Source of the DNA: Erysipelothrix sp.
Lineage (GTDB): Bacteria > Bacillota_I > Bacilli_A > Erysipelotrichales > Erysipelotrichaceae
Direction of reading: 5' to 3'
DNA: 51,490 bases
Assembly: GCA_012728555.1 (NCBI GenBank)
Contig: JAAYEW010000054.1
Span: forward strand, 1-51,490
The notes below the pieces were generated by a model. That model did not search any database. It worked only from the letters and a program-made list of their open reading frames with translations, and had not been told where the DNA came from. Of this stretch, positions 1 through 10,674 are shown one piece after another (the first letter of the stretch is position 1; each line of letters starts with the position of its first letter). Made by a program: the position numbers and the translations under genes.

Positions 1-1
1 A

Positions 2-1132
2 GAAGGCTGTATACCGACCAAGTATATGCTTCAAAATTTAAAGGAAGTTAATAAATACGAAAAAGAAGAATTAGTGTCAACACTTGAAAAGGGTATTCAT
101 TTTTTAATTGATAAAGCGAAAATCACCTATATCAATGGTACGGCAAGGCTAATTGATGGACACCATGTGTCTGTCAATGGGGATGTCTATGAAACAAAAT
201 TTATTTTGTTAGCGACAGGTTCAACAAACAGAACTTTGTCTTTTAAAGGATCGGAATACATGCTATCCAGTAAAGAAATTCTGACGCTTGATCATTTGGA
301 TGTTAAAAAGATCTTAATTGTGGGAGCTGGTGTCATTGGGCTTGAGTTTGCGAGTTTTTACTCTGCAATAGGTGTAGAAGTTATTCTAGTTGAGTTTTTA
401 GATAAAATTATGAACGGATGGGACAAAGATTTACAGTCTAATTATCGATTAGCACTTCGTAAACAAAAAATAGATGTTCGAACTAATTGTTCTATAAAAG
501 AAATTGAGAAAAATGAAACCTGTTTAAAAGTAACTTTAAGCGACAGTACGATGATTGAGGTTGATAAGGTTTTGATGTGTGTTGGAAGACAGGCACTCAA
601 AATAGAGAGTGAAATTGAACTTGAAGTAGAAAACTCGAGATTAATTGTTAATGAAAACCAACAAAGTAGTATCAAGACTATCTATGGTGCAGGAGACTGC
701 TGTAGTCCTTTGCAACTAGCTCATTTAGCCAGTAGTCAAGCCAGAAATGCGATTCGACATATGTTTAATCTACCCAATTTTGAAAACACCAGCATTGTAC
801 CGAAAGTGCTGTATGTAACCCCTCAACTAGCGAGCGTCGGATCGAGTGAGGGAACTAGTGTGAAAGTTACGATGAATAGTTCGGGAATGGCAACTATCCA
901 AAAACAAGACAGAGGGTTTGTGAAGTTGGTTAAAGAAAACAACTATTTAACAGGTGCTCATTTGATGATGAATGAGGCTGGAGAAGTTATTACACTTTTA
1001 ACCACAGCTATTGTTTTAAAAACACCAATTTCAGAGTTGTTATCGATTGTGTATCCGCATCCAAGTTTAAGTGAAACGATTAAGGAAGCATTAGTACAAT
1101 TACAAGAAAAAAAAGACGAACACATTGTTTGA
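2..1132 (+). CDS. Pyridine nucleotide-disulfide oxidoreductase, dihydrolipoyl dehydrogenase-like (5' end cut by the window edge)
   Basis: The frame stays open back to nt 2 (E-G-C-I-P-T-K-Y-M-L), which is the distal Cys of the CxxxxC redox motif 'GCIPTK'. It has an NAD-binding GxGxxG ('VGAGVIGLE') and the C-terminal interface motif 'HPSLSE'. Confidence 0.8.
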   Translation, partial: EGCIPTKYMLQNLKEVNKYEKEELVSTLEKGIHFLIDKAKITYINGTARLIDGHHVSVNGDVYETKFILLATGSTNRTLSFKGSEYMLSSKEILTLDHLDVKKILIVGAGVIGLEFASFYSAIGVEVILVEFLDKIMNGWDKDLQSNYRLALRKQKIDVRTNCSIKEIEKNETCLKVTLSDSTMIEVDKVLMCVGRQALKIESEIELEVENSRLIVNENQQSSIKTIYGAGDCCSPLQLAHLASSQARNAIRHMFNLPNFENTSIVPKVLYVTPQLASVGSSEGTSVKVTMNSSGMATIQKQDRGFVKLVKENNYLTGAHLMMNEAGEVITLLTTAIVLKTPISELLSIVYPHPSLSETIKEALVQLQEKKDEHIV

Positions 1133-1175
1133 AGCGTTGTGAAATGAGGTCTATAATTAACATAGAGGTGATAAT

Positions 1176-1925
1176 ATGAGAATTCTTATTGTTGGAGACA
1201 CTCATGGATCAGTGGATATGGAGAAACTGAGTCCTCAGGTAGTTAGAGACTTAAATTTAAATCGAAACGATGTGATTATACATTGTGGAGACATTGGAGT
1301 CCCATGGATTTGGGAAAGTGATGAAATGTTAAAGTACTGGTCGAACTTACCCTGTGATGTTATTGTTTGTTTGGGTAATCATGAAAATTATAATTGGATA
1401 GAAAAAAGGCCAATTGTAAAGAAATATGGTGTCATGGGATATGAAATGGCACAAAATTTATTCGCTCCTTTAATTGGGTCAATCGCTACGATTTTTAATA
1501 AAACCTTTTGGTTTTATCCGGGAGGTTATTCGATTGACTTTTCTTATCGTGAACTAGATTCAACAATCTTTAAACAAGAATTGCCATTAAAAGAAAAGTC
1601 AGATCAAGCTTTAACAAATTTGTTTGATTACGGACCTGTCGATGTTATTATTTCTCATGATGGACCGCGAACGTTTATTCTTGAACATTTCGGATATCCT
1701 ATTGGAAATATTAGTGATTCATATTTAGAGAAAACACAACAACAAAAAAATGACCGAGTTCATCCAGGATTTGTTTTGGATAAAGTATACAATCATCCGG
1801 AGCTATATGAATACTGGTTTTTTGGACATCATCATAAAGATTTTGTGGATGGAAAAATACGGTGCCTTATGAAAAAGATGGTGTTATGGGATGTTGATAA
1901 AGAAATGATGGATATTGTTTCGTAA
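1176..1925 (+). CDS. Calcineurin-like metallophosphoesterase
   Basis: Motifs 'MRILIVGDTHG', 'GNHENY' and 'GHHH'. RBS GAGGTG lies upstream of the ATG. Confidence 0.8.
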   Translation: MRILIVGDTHGSVDMEKLSPQVVRDLNLNRNDVIIHCGDIGVPWIWESDEMLKYWSNLPCDVIVCLGNHENYNWIEKRPIVKKYGVMGYEMAQNLFAPLIGSIATIFNKTFWFYPGGYSIDFSYRELDSTIFKQELPLKEKSDQALTNLFDYGPVDVIISHDGPRTFILEHFGYPIGNISDSYLEKTQQQKNDRVHPGFVLDKVYNHPELYEYWFFGHHHKDFVDGKIRCLMKKMVLWDVDKEMMDIVS

Positions 1926-1981
1926 GATAAATCTTTTGGGTTGAGTATTTTCTTTTTTTAAGTTAAAATGAACAGGTTGAT

Positions 1982-2006
1982 AAAAAGTCATTTCGGTGAC
2001 TTTTTT
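1982..2006 (+). terminator. Rho-independent terminator after the metallophosphoesterase gene
   Basis: AAAAAGTCA-tttcgg-TGACTTTTT hairpin followed by a T-run. Confidence 0.6.
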
Positions 2007-2013
2007 AATGTAT

Positions 2014-2040
2014 TTAGCACTCAATGTTTGACAGTGCTAA
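2014..2040 (+). promoter_or_regulatory. CIRCE operator (HrcA binding site) of the hrcA-grpE-dnaK-dnaJ operon
   Basis: TTAGCACTC-N9-CAGTGCTAA, against the consensus TTAGCACTC-N9-GAGTGCTAA. It sits directly upstream of hrcA. Confidence 0.9.
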
Positions 2041-2055
2041 AATATATGATATAAT
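2028..2055 (+). promoter_or_regulatory. SigA-type promoter of the hrcA operon, embedded in CIRCE
   Basis: -35 TTGACA (2028-2033), 16-nt spacer, extended -10 TGaTATAAT (2047-2055). The -35 overlaps the CIRCE spacer and right arm. Confidence 0.6.
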
Positions 2056-2093
2056 ACTAGCAGACATACGACTTGAATGCTAGGAGGTGTTAA

Positions 2094-3107
2094 ATGCTAA
2101 CCCAAAGACGAGTTGAGATATTTAAAGCAATTGTTTCAGAATTTATTCAAACAGCTGAACCTGTTGGGTCAAAATATCTTATCGAAAAATACAAATGGAA
2201 TTACTCAAGTGCAACCGTTCGTAATGAAATGAGTGTACTAGAAGAATTAGGATTACTTGAAAAAACTCATACTTCATCGGGGCGAATTCCATCAACAAAA
2301 GGTTATCAGTTTTATACTCAGCACCTCATGGAAAAAAGTTCAAATGATAAGATGGAAATGGTGTTACAAGAAGTCTTTAAAACCCGAAGTGATAAGGTTG
2401 AAGATGCCTTGCAACAAAGTGTAGATATCTTATCTCAGATGACAAATCTGACATCTGCTGTCTTAGGCCCTGAAGGGAAGAAACAAAGATTACAGGATAT
2501 TCGAATTGTTGAGATTGATGAAAAACAAGCGTTAGTAATCTTTGAGACTGACCATGATCATCGTGAAAGTAAAGTGTTTAATCTAAAACCTCCTGTAACG
2601 ATGAATGATCTAGTGAAGTATGTTGGAATATTAAACGACCGTTTAATTGGTACCAACATTAATGAGATTGTTGTGAAGATGGAGAGTCTTCGTCCTATCT
2701 TACAAGTAAGTGTTCTTCAGTATGAACAACTCTTTGAAGCTTTTGCGAGTTGTTTTGTGAAGTTTGCTAGTGATAGAATGTATTTCTCTGGAAAAGACAA
2801 TTTATTGGATCAACCTGAGTTTAGTGACATTAATAAAGTTAGACAATTGATGATCATGTTAGAAGATTCAGCTTTATGGAGAGATTTAATTAATGACAAA
2901 AATGTGATTGCTATTCAAACTGGGACACATACTCAGACCCATTGGATTGACGATGTTGCGGTCGTAACTGCAAAAATTCATCTATCTGAAGACCAAGATT
3001 CCCATCAACTCATGGTTGTGGGACCATCGAGGATGGAATACTCAAAGGTAGTTTCCTTGGTTGAATACATTACCCAAATGATTGAGGAGGTTTATGGAAA
3101 CAAATAA
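2094..3107 (+). CDS. hrcA: Heat-inducible transcription repressor HrcA
   Basis: N-terminal wHTH 'RRVEIFKAIVSEFIQTAEPVGSKYL'. Position upstream of grpE-dnaK-dnaJ, with CIRCE upstream. RBS AGGAGG. Confidence 0.95.
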   Translation: MLTQRRVEIFKAIVSEFIQTAEPVGSKYLIEKYKWNYSSATVRNEMSVLEELGLLEKTHTSSGRIPSTKGYQFYTQHLMEKSSNDKMEMVLQEVFKTRSDKVEDALQQSVDILSQMTNLTSAVLGPEGKKQRLQDIRIVEIDEKQALVIFETDHDHRESKVFNLKPPVTMNDLVKYVGILNDRLIGTNINEIVVKMESLRPILQVSVLQYEQLFEAFASCFVKFASDRMYFSGKDNLLDQPEFSDINKVRQLMIMLEDSALWRDLINDKNVIAIQTGTHTQTHWIDDVAVVTAKIHLSEDQDSHQLMVVGPSRMEYSKVVSLVEYITQMIEEVYGNK

Positions 3108-3666
3108 ACAAACAGTTAACGAAGAACTGAAGACTGAAGAAGTACTTCAAGAAGAAATTATTGAAGATGTAGAAGACAAACCTAAAAAAGGAATTTTTAA
3201 GAAAAAACAAACGGATGAGAAGTTGTTAGAAGAAATTGAAACATTGAAGCGAGAAAACGCTGAATTAAAGAATCAGTATTACAAAGCCTATGCGGATGCT
3301 GACAACTACAAGAAACGAGTTCAAAAAGAATTAGAGAACACATTAAAATATCGAATTCAATCGTTTGCTAGTGATATCTTGCCAGTTATTGATAATTTGG
3401 AAAGAGCTTTACAGCAAGAAACAAGTGATGAAAATATGAAACAAGGAGTACAAATGATTTATGATCAATTGATTGCTTCCTTGAAAGAAGAAGGAGTCAC
3501 TGAGATTGAAGCCATGAATCAACCTTTTGATTACAACGTTCATCAAGCATTAATGACTGAAAAAGTTGAAGGTGTTGAACCAAATATGGTGCTTGAAGTC
3601 CTTCAAAAGGGATATAAAATTAAAGATCGAATTTTACGAGCAGCGTTCGTAAAAGTAAGCGAATAG
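3094..3666 (+). CDS. grpE: Nucleotide exchange factor GrpE
   Basis: GrpE-like coiled-coil N-terminus and C-terminal 'VLQKGYKIKDRILRAAFVKVS'. I prefer the ATG at 3094 (RBS GAGGAGG at 3084-3090) over the TTG at 3082 in the ORF track. It overlaps the hrcA 3' end. Confidence 0.93.
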   Translation: METNKQTVNEELKTEEVLQEEIIEDVEDKPKKGIFKKKQTDEKLLEEIETLKRENAELKNQYYKAYADADNYKKRVQKELENTLKYRIQSFASDILPVIDNLERALQQETSDENMKQGVQMIYDQLIASLKEEGVTEIEAMNQPFDYNVHQALMTEKVEGVEPNMVLEVLQKGYKIKDRILRAAFVKVSE

Positions 3667-3685
3667 AACATTAGAAACGAACTAG

Positions 3686-5512
<1,827 letters not shown>

Positions 5513-5537
5513 TTTATTTTGAAAGTAGGAGGGTTTT

Positions 5538-6674
5538 GTGGCTGAAAAAAGAGATTATTATGACGTATTAGGCGTCAATAAGAGTGCATCTGAGGATGAG
5601 ATCAAAAAAGCATATCGAAAACTTGCTAAGAAGTTTCATCCTGATGTGAATAAAGAAGCAGATGCTGAATCAAAGTTCAAGGAAGTTCAAGAAGCCTATG
5701 ACGTTTTAAGTGATGCCAAAAAACGCCAAACTTATGATCAATTTGGCCATGCTGGAATGGATGGTGCTGCTGGTTTTGGTGGTGCAGGAGGTTTCGGAGG
5801 ATTTGGCCAAAGTGGATTTGGAGGATTTGAAGATATCTTTGAATCCTTCTTTGGTCAAGGAGGATCAAGAGGATTTTCTTCACAACAAAGAACAGGACCA
5901 CAAAAAGGAAATGATTCATTCATGAGAATGAGAGTTTCTTTTATGGAATCAATGCACGGAGCTAAAAAGACAATCAATTTAACTGTCGACGAACCTTGTA
6001 AGCATTGTCATGGAACAGGTGCTGAGTCAAAAGAAGATGTTAAAACCTGTAGTACCTGTAACGGTAGAGGAAAAGTTCTAACTCAACAACAAACAATGTT
6101 CGGTGTCTTTCAATCAGAGTCTGTCTGTCCAACTTGTCATGGAACAGGACAAGAAATCACTAAAAAATGTCATGTCTGTCATGGAGAAGGCTATGAAACA
6201 AAACGAGTCGCTGTGGATGTCACTGTTCCAAAAGGAATCCAAACTGGTCAACAATTAAGAGTTTCAGGAAAAGGAGAAAAAGGACGCAATGGTGGTCCAA
6301 ATGGTGATTTATACATCGAAATTGTTGTAGATAATCACAACACCTTTGTACGTGATGGAAGTACAATTTATATCACCATCCCAATTTCAGTAGTTGAGGC
6401 AACACTAGGAACAAAGATCGATGTCCCTACAGTGCATGGGGATGTAACTTTAACAATCCCAGAATCAACACAACCAGGAACGAAGTTGAAACTTAAAGGG
6501 AAGGGAGCACCGATTTTAAACTCAAATAACTATGGTGATCAAATCGTTGAAGTAAAAGTTGAAATCGATAGCTCACTTAGTGGCGAAGAACGTAGATTGT
6601 ATGAACAATTAAGGGATACTCCAAAGAAAAAAGAATCTCCTTTTGACAAATTCAAACGTGCTTTTAGAAGATAG
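5538..6674 (+). CDS. dnaJ: Co-chaperone DnaJ
   Basis: J-domain 'HPD', a G/F-rich linker and four CxxCxGxG zinc-finger repeats. GTG start with RBS AGGAGGG. Confidence 0.97.
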   Translation: MAEKRDYYDVLGVNKSASEDEIKKAYRKLAKKFHPDVNKEADAESKFKEVQEAYDVLSDAKKRQTYDQFGHAGMDGAAGFGGAGGFGGFGQSGFGGFEDIFESFFGQGGSRGFSSQQRTGPQKGNDSFMRMRVSFMESMHGAKKTINLTVDEPCKHCHGTGAESKEDVKTCSTCNGRGKVLTQQQTMFGVFQSESVCPTCHGTGQEITKKCHVCHGEGYETKRVAVDVTVPKGIQTGQQLRVSGKGEKGRNGGPNGDLYIEIVVDNHNTFVRDGSTIYITIPISVVEATLGTKIDVPTVHGDVTLTIPESTQPGTKLKLKGKGAPILNSNNYGDQIVEVKVEIDSSLSGEERRLYEQLRDTPKKKESPFDKFKRAFRR

Positions 6675-6698
6675 TAATTAAAGCTATCTTCTTTTTTT
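6666..6698 (+). terminator. Rho-independent terminator overlapping the dnaJ stop
   Basis: AGAAGATAG-taattaaag-CTATCTTCT followed by TTTTTT. Confidence 0.7.
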
Positions 6699-6726
6699 AT
6701 TGTATACTTAAATTGGAGGATAAATT

Positions 6727-7041
6727 ATGAAAGAACTTCAAATTCACTTAAACCTTTCACCATCAACTGAAAGTTATGAAATAAAAGATGCACTAAATAT
6801 CGTACTCCTTGACATTAAACATGATTTACTTGAGAAACAGATTAAAACAAACCTTACAATAAAACACTCGGATGCATTCTCATTAACTTTGAACAATGAA
6901 ACCATCAATTTCACGTGTGAGTGTCAAGACAATGATAAAGATTGTCACTGCTCAATTGAAGAAATAATTCGTAGACAAATTTTTAAACAACTTGGTATTT
7001 TTGGTGTGTGTGGCTGTGGTGAAAACTGTGGTTGCCACTAA
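6727..7041 (+). CDS. Hypothetical 104-aa protein with four CxC motifs (CEC, CHC, CGC, CGCH-COOH); putative metal-binding
   Basis: ATG with RBS GGAGGA 8 nt upstream. All 8 Cys lie in the last 41 residues, as CxC pairs. I recognise no family. Confidence 0.55.
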   Translation: MKELQIHLNLSPSTESYEIKDALNIVLLDIKHDLLEKQIKTNLTIKHSDAFSLTLNNETINFTCECQDNDKDCHCSIEEIIRRQIFKQLGIFGVCGCGENCGCH

Positions 7042-7966
7042 GAAAAATGACTTCTTTACAATTAATAAAACAAAGAATAAAGAGCTTGATGAATTAGTTA
7101 ACTGCTCTTTTTTAGCTTTTCATAATAATCAAAGTGAACTATATCTAGCTAATTATAACGATGACGAGTGGTATCAAAAACAATTAAATCAACAAAATCT
7201 ATATTCAATCTATCGTAAAAAGCAATTGGTTGGTGGTATTGTTTTTATAAAAAATTTAGAGAATCTTGTTATCGATCGGCTGTTTATTCATCCAAATTTT
7301 CAAAACAAAGATTATGAAATGAAGGTCATAAAACAAGTTGAGAAAATGTTTGCCGATGCCAACAGTTTTGAGGTGTATGCACCACTATGGAATCGCAGAA
7401 CCAACCATTTGTATCAACAACTTAACTATCGAACCATAAAGATTGAAGATGATGTAGCGTATTTCCGTAAAGATATTTATTCAAAACGATTTTTTAAAGG
7501 GAATCAATTCATTGTCCTACCTGAAGATACCATTTTAAAGGAGTTAGTTAATCTAATAAATTCTAGTAATCGTCAAGTATTAGTTAAATGGTCTTTTCTC
7601 TTAATTGATGAGTTATTACAAGAAGAAAAATTTGACGCTGGTGTTTTCGAATGTGTGTCATCAGCAAAACAATGGGCACAAGGTGACATCAAAATGAAAG
7701 AAACGAAAAAGTTGATACTACTCAGTCACCAACGAGCAAAAAAACAAAACAATCTATTAATTGCGGCTATTGCTCAAGGATGCAGTGTCGTGCATACACA
7801 GAAACACGCTCTCGGTTTTGTTTTATATGAACTTTCTTGGATCTATAAAAATAAGAGCTATCCAGAAGTTTTAGACAAAATAGAACATTACAAACAAACA
7901 TTACAACAGATTAAAGAAAATCATATTGACAATCATGGGAAGTGGGCATCATTCTTAAGACTTTAG
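6992..7966 (+). CDS. GNAT-fold acetyltransferase-like N-domain fused to an all-alpha C-terminal domain (possibly Imm5-like 'immunity' domain)
   Basis: GNAT core 'LVGGIVFIKNLENLVIDRLFIHPNFQNKDYEMKVIKQVEKMF...LYQQLNYR'. C-terminal domain 'AKQWAQGDIKMKETKKLILLSHQRAKK...AAIAQGCSVVHTQKHALGFVLYE'. There is no in-frame ATG near the 5' end. The real start is one of several TTG/GTG codons (6992-7030) overlapping the upstream ORF, so the start is uncertain. Confidence 0.6.
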   Translation: MVFLVCVAVVKTVVATKKNDFFTINKTKNKELDELVNCSFLAFHNNQSELYLANYNDDEWYQKQLNQQNLYSIYRKKQLVGGIVFIKNLENLVIDRLFIHPNFQNKDYEMKVIKQVEKMFADANSFEVYAPLWNRRTNHLYQQLNYRTIKIEDDVAYFRKDIYSKRFFKGNQFIVLPEDTILKELVNLINSSNRQVLVKWSFLLIDELLQEEKFDAGVFECVSSAKQWAQGDIKMKETKKLILLSHQRAKKQNNLLIAAIAQGCSVVHTQKHALGFVLYELSWIYKNKSYPEVLDKIEHYKQTLQQIKENHIDNHGKWASFLRL

Positions 7967-7989
7967 CATTTAAAGGTTGACAGTGCTAA
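7963..7989 (+). promoter_or_regulatory. CIRCE operator 1 of clpB (overlaps the -35)
   Basis: TTAGCATTT-N9-CAGTGCTAA. The left arm overlaps the stop codon of the GNAT-fusion gene. Confidence 0.8.
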
Positions 7990-8004
7990 CAAGAATGGTA
8001 TAAT
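7977..8004 (+). promoter_or_regulatory. SigA-type promoter of clpB
   Basis: -35 TTGACA (7977-7982), 16-nt spacer, extended -10 TGgTATAAT (7996-8004). Confidence 0.6.
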
Positions 8005-8018
8005 AATAGCAAATAGAT

Positions 8019-8032
8019 GTGACAAGTGTCAC
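8019..8032. repeat. Perfect 14-bp palindrome GTGACA-AG-TGTCAC in the clpB leader
   Basis: Read directly from the sequence. It lies between the -10 and the second CIRCE. Function unknown. Confidence 0.3.
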
Positions 8033-8050
8033 CTTTATTTTAGCGAAATA

Positions 8051-8077
8051 TTAGCACTGTTTCACTACGAGTGCTAA
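8051..8077 (+). promoter_or_regulatory. CIRCE operator 2 of clpB (in the leader, abutting the RBS)
   Basis: TTAGCACTG-N9-GAGTGCTAA, immediately followed by AGGAGGG and the ATG at 8089. Confidence 0.88.
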
Positions 8078-8088
8078 AGGAGGGAAAT

Positions 8089-10644
8089 ATGAATATTGAA
8101 CAATTTACGCAAAAAGCTCATGAAGCGATAATGGAGTCTGTTAATTTAGCGATGACTTTAAATCATCCAACAGTTGATCCTGAACATGTGCTTGTTTCAT
8201 TGATGAATACAGATAGTCTTGATAGTTTATTTGATACACTGAAACAGAAAAAGCAAGAACATCACGATTATTTATCGAATATATTACATCAAAAAGCAAG
8301 AACATCGAATAAATCGCAACCAAACATTTCACAAAATACCAATTCAGGTTTTGAAAAAGCGCACATCGTTGCTAACGAAAATAGAGATTCATACATTAGT
8401 TCTGATAGTTTATATGTTGGATTAACAAGTGTACTACAAAGCTACATGAATCATTTTGGTATGAAGTATCAACAGCTACTTAATGCTATTAAAACAGTAC
8501 GAAACGGAACAGTCATCGATTCGCCCACATCAGAGAATCAACTTGATGCTCTTAAAAAATATGGAAGAGATTTAGTAGAAGCCGTTAAAGAAGGAAAGAT
8601 TGATCCTGTTATTGGCCGTGATGAAGAAATACGAAGAGTTATACAAATACTAAGCCGAAAGACGAAAAATAATCCTGTTTTAATCGGTGAACCAGGGGTT
8701 GGTAAAACAGCAATTGTAGAAGGCTTGGCATGGCGAATCATGCGAAATGATGTACCACTTTCATTGCGTAATCGCAGTGTTTATGAACTCGATATGGGTG
8801 CACTAATTGCTGGTGCTAAGTATCGTGGAGAGTTTGAGGAACGACTAAAAGCTGTCTTGAATGAAGTCAAGAAATCGGATGGAAACATTATTCTATTTAT
8901 TGATGAAATTCACAATTTAATTGGAGCAGGCAAAACGGATGGAGCAATGGATGCTGCTAATCTTTTGAAACCGATGTTAGCTCGAGGTGAACTCCATTGT
9001 ATCGGTGCAACTACTTTTGATGAGTATCGTAAGTACATTGAAAAAGATAAAGCTTTAGAGAGACGTTTTCAACGTGTCCAAGTGGATGAACCAACTATTG
9101 ACGATACGATTTCTATCTTACGTGGACTCAAAGATCGTTTTGAGAGTTTTCATGGTGTACAGATCAAGGATAGCGCAATTATTGCTGCTGCAAACTTAAG
9201 TTCTCGGTATATTACAGATCGTTTTTTGCCTGATAAAGCAATTGATTTGATCGATGAAGCATGCGCAACGGTACGAGTTGAGATGGATTCTATGCCAAAA
9301 GAACTTGATGAGCTTAATCGAAAAATCCAACAACTCGAAATCGAAGAAATATCTTTAAAAGAAGAAGATGATGAGAAAGCTTTAGACCGTAAAGAAGAAA
9401 TCAGCTTAGAGCTAGAGAATGCGAAAGAGAAGTATCAAGAACTTCATCACAAATGGTCTGTTGAAAAAGAAGCATTAGATTCACAAAAGAAAGCTAAAGA
9501 GGATTTAGAAAACGCTAAGTTAGCACTTGATAAAGCACAAAATGAAGCTCGATATGAAGAAGCAGCGCGTTTGCAATATGAAACCATCCCGCAACTTGAG
9601 AAAAAAATTCAACAGAATGTTGAAAAAGAAAAATCGGATAAGATGTTGTTAGAAGAAGTGGATGATGAGTTAATTGCTCGTATTGTGTCTCGTTGGACAA
9701 AAATTGATATTGAAAAACTCACTGGATCAGAAAGAGAAAAACTGTTGAATTTAAAGTATGTTTTGCAAGATCGTGTCAAAGGACAACAAGAAGCATTGGA
9801 TCTAGTAACCGATGCAATTATTCGTTCAAAAGCAGGAATTCAAGATGAAAATCGACCAATTGGTTCATTCTTGTTCTTAGGACCAACAGGGGTTGGTAAA
9901 ACTGAAGTCGCAAAGGCTTTAGCTCAACAACTCTTTGATGATGATAGTAAGATTATTCGCTTTGATATGAGTGAGTACATGGAAAAGCATTCAGTCAGCA
10001 AATTGATTGGTTCTCCTCCAGGATATATAGGATATGAAGAAGGAGGACAGCTATCAGAACAAGTTAGACGTCATCCTTACTCAATTGTCTTGTTTGATGA
10101 AATTGAAAAAGCACATCCAGAGGTGTTTAACATCTTACTACAAGTATTGGATGAAGGATCATTGACCGACAGCAAGGCAACGAAGGTAGACTTCAAGAAC
10201 ACTCTAGTTATTATGACGTCGAATCTTGGTGCACAGTACGCTTTTGAGTATGATAAAGAAGCACGTAATGATCATTACAATGATGAAGTAAAACGTTATT
10301 TTAAACCAGAGTTCATTAATCGGATTGATGAAATCGTTGTTTTCAATGCTTTAACACAAGAAATTCTGGTTCAAATAGCGAACAAGTTCTTAAATGAGTT
10401 GAGCGAACGATTACTTAAAAAAGATATCACTGTTTCTTTTAGTGATGAAACGAAACGTTTAATTGTTAACCAAGGATCGGATGCTCAGTATGGAGCTCGA
10501 CCAATGAAACGGTACATTCAAAAAGAAATCGAAACTTTGATAGCGAAGAAAATGATTGAAGGGGTAATCCCAGCAAATTCTTCCGTGATTATTGATGTTG
10601 AAAACAATGAGTTTGTTGTGAATAAACAACAATTTGTTGCCTAA
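8089..10644 (+). CDS. clpB: ATP-dependent disaggregase ClpB
   Basis: Two AAA+ modules ('GEPGVGKT', 'GPTGVGKT'), a long coiled-coil middle domain and a Clp N-domain. ATG at 8089 with RBS AGGAGGG; the ORF-track GTG at 8071 lies inside CIRCE. Confidence 0.95.
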   Translation: MNIEQFTQKAHEAIMESVNLAMTLNHPTVDPEHVLVSLMNTDSLDSLFDTLKQKKQEHHDYLSNILHQKARTSNKSQPNISQNTNSGFEKAHIVANENRDSYISSDSLYVGLTSVLQSYMNHFGMKYQQLLNAIKTVRNGTVIDSPTSENQLDALKKYGRDLVEAVKEGKIDPVIGRDEEIRRVIQILSRKTKNNPVLIGEPGVGKTAIVEGLAWRIMRNDVPLSLRNRSVYELDMGALIAGAKYRGEFEERLKAVLNEVKKSDGNIILFIDEIHNLIGAGKTDGAMDAANLLKPMLARGELHCIGATTFDEYRKYIEKDKALERRFQRVQVDEPTIDDTISILRGLKDRFESFHGVQIKDSAIIAAANLSSRYITDRFLPDKAIDLIDEACATVRVEMDSMPKELDELNRKIQQLEIEEISLKEEDDEKALDRKEEISLELENAKEKYQELHHKWSVEKEALDSQKKAKEDLENAKLALDKAQNEARYEEAARLQYETIPQLEKKIQQNVEKEKSDKMLLEEVDDELIARIVSRWTKIDIEKLTGSEREKLLNLKYVLQDRVKGQQEALDLVTDAIIRSKAGIQDENRPIGSFLFLGPTGVGKTEVAKALAQQLFDDDSKIIRFDMSEYMEKHSVSKLIGSPPGYIGYEEGGQLSEQVRRHPYSIVLFDEIEKAHPEVFNILLQVLDEGSLTDSKATKVDFKNTLVIMTSNLGAQYAFEYDKEARNDHYNDEVKRYFKPEFINRIDEIVVFNALTQEILVQIANKFLNELSERLLKKDITVSFSDETKRLIVNQGSDAQYGARPMKRYIQKEIETLIAKKMIEGVIPANSSVIIDVENNEFVVNKQQFVA

Positions 10645-10646
10645 GT

Positions 10647-10674
10647 AAAAAACTCTTCATGTGAAGAGTTTTTT
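10647..10674. terminator. Bidirectional rho-independent terminator between clpB and the convergent membrane-protein gene
   Basis: AAAAAACTCTTCA-tg-TGAAGAGTTTTTT, with A/T runs on both sides. Confidence 0.8.

Noticed and set aside
6910-7041. The Cys-rich C-terminus (…CECQDNDKDCHC…GVCGCGENCGCH) read as a RiPP precursor core (SCIFF/ranthipeptide- or thiopeptide-like).
   Set aside because: No radical-SAM maturase, cyclodehydratase, lanthionine synthetase, peptidase or exporter gene is adjacent. The only radical SAM gene in the window is rlmN, 10 kb away. The protein is 104 aa with a structured-looking N-domain, and its sequence does not match the SCIFF consensus I remember. I kept it only as a metal-binding hypothesis.
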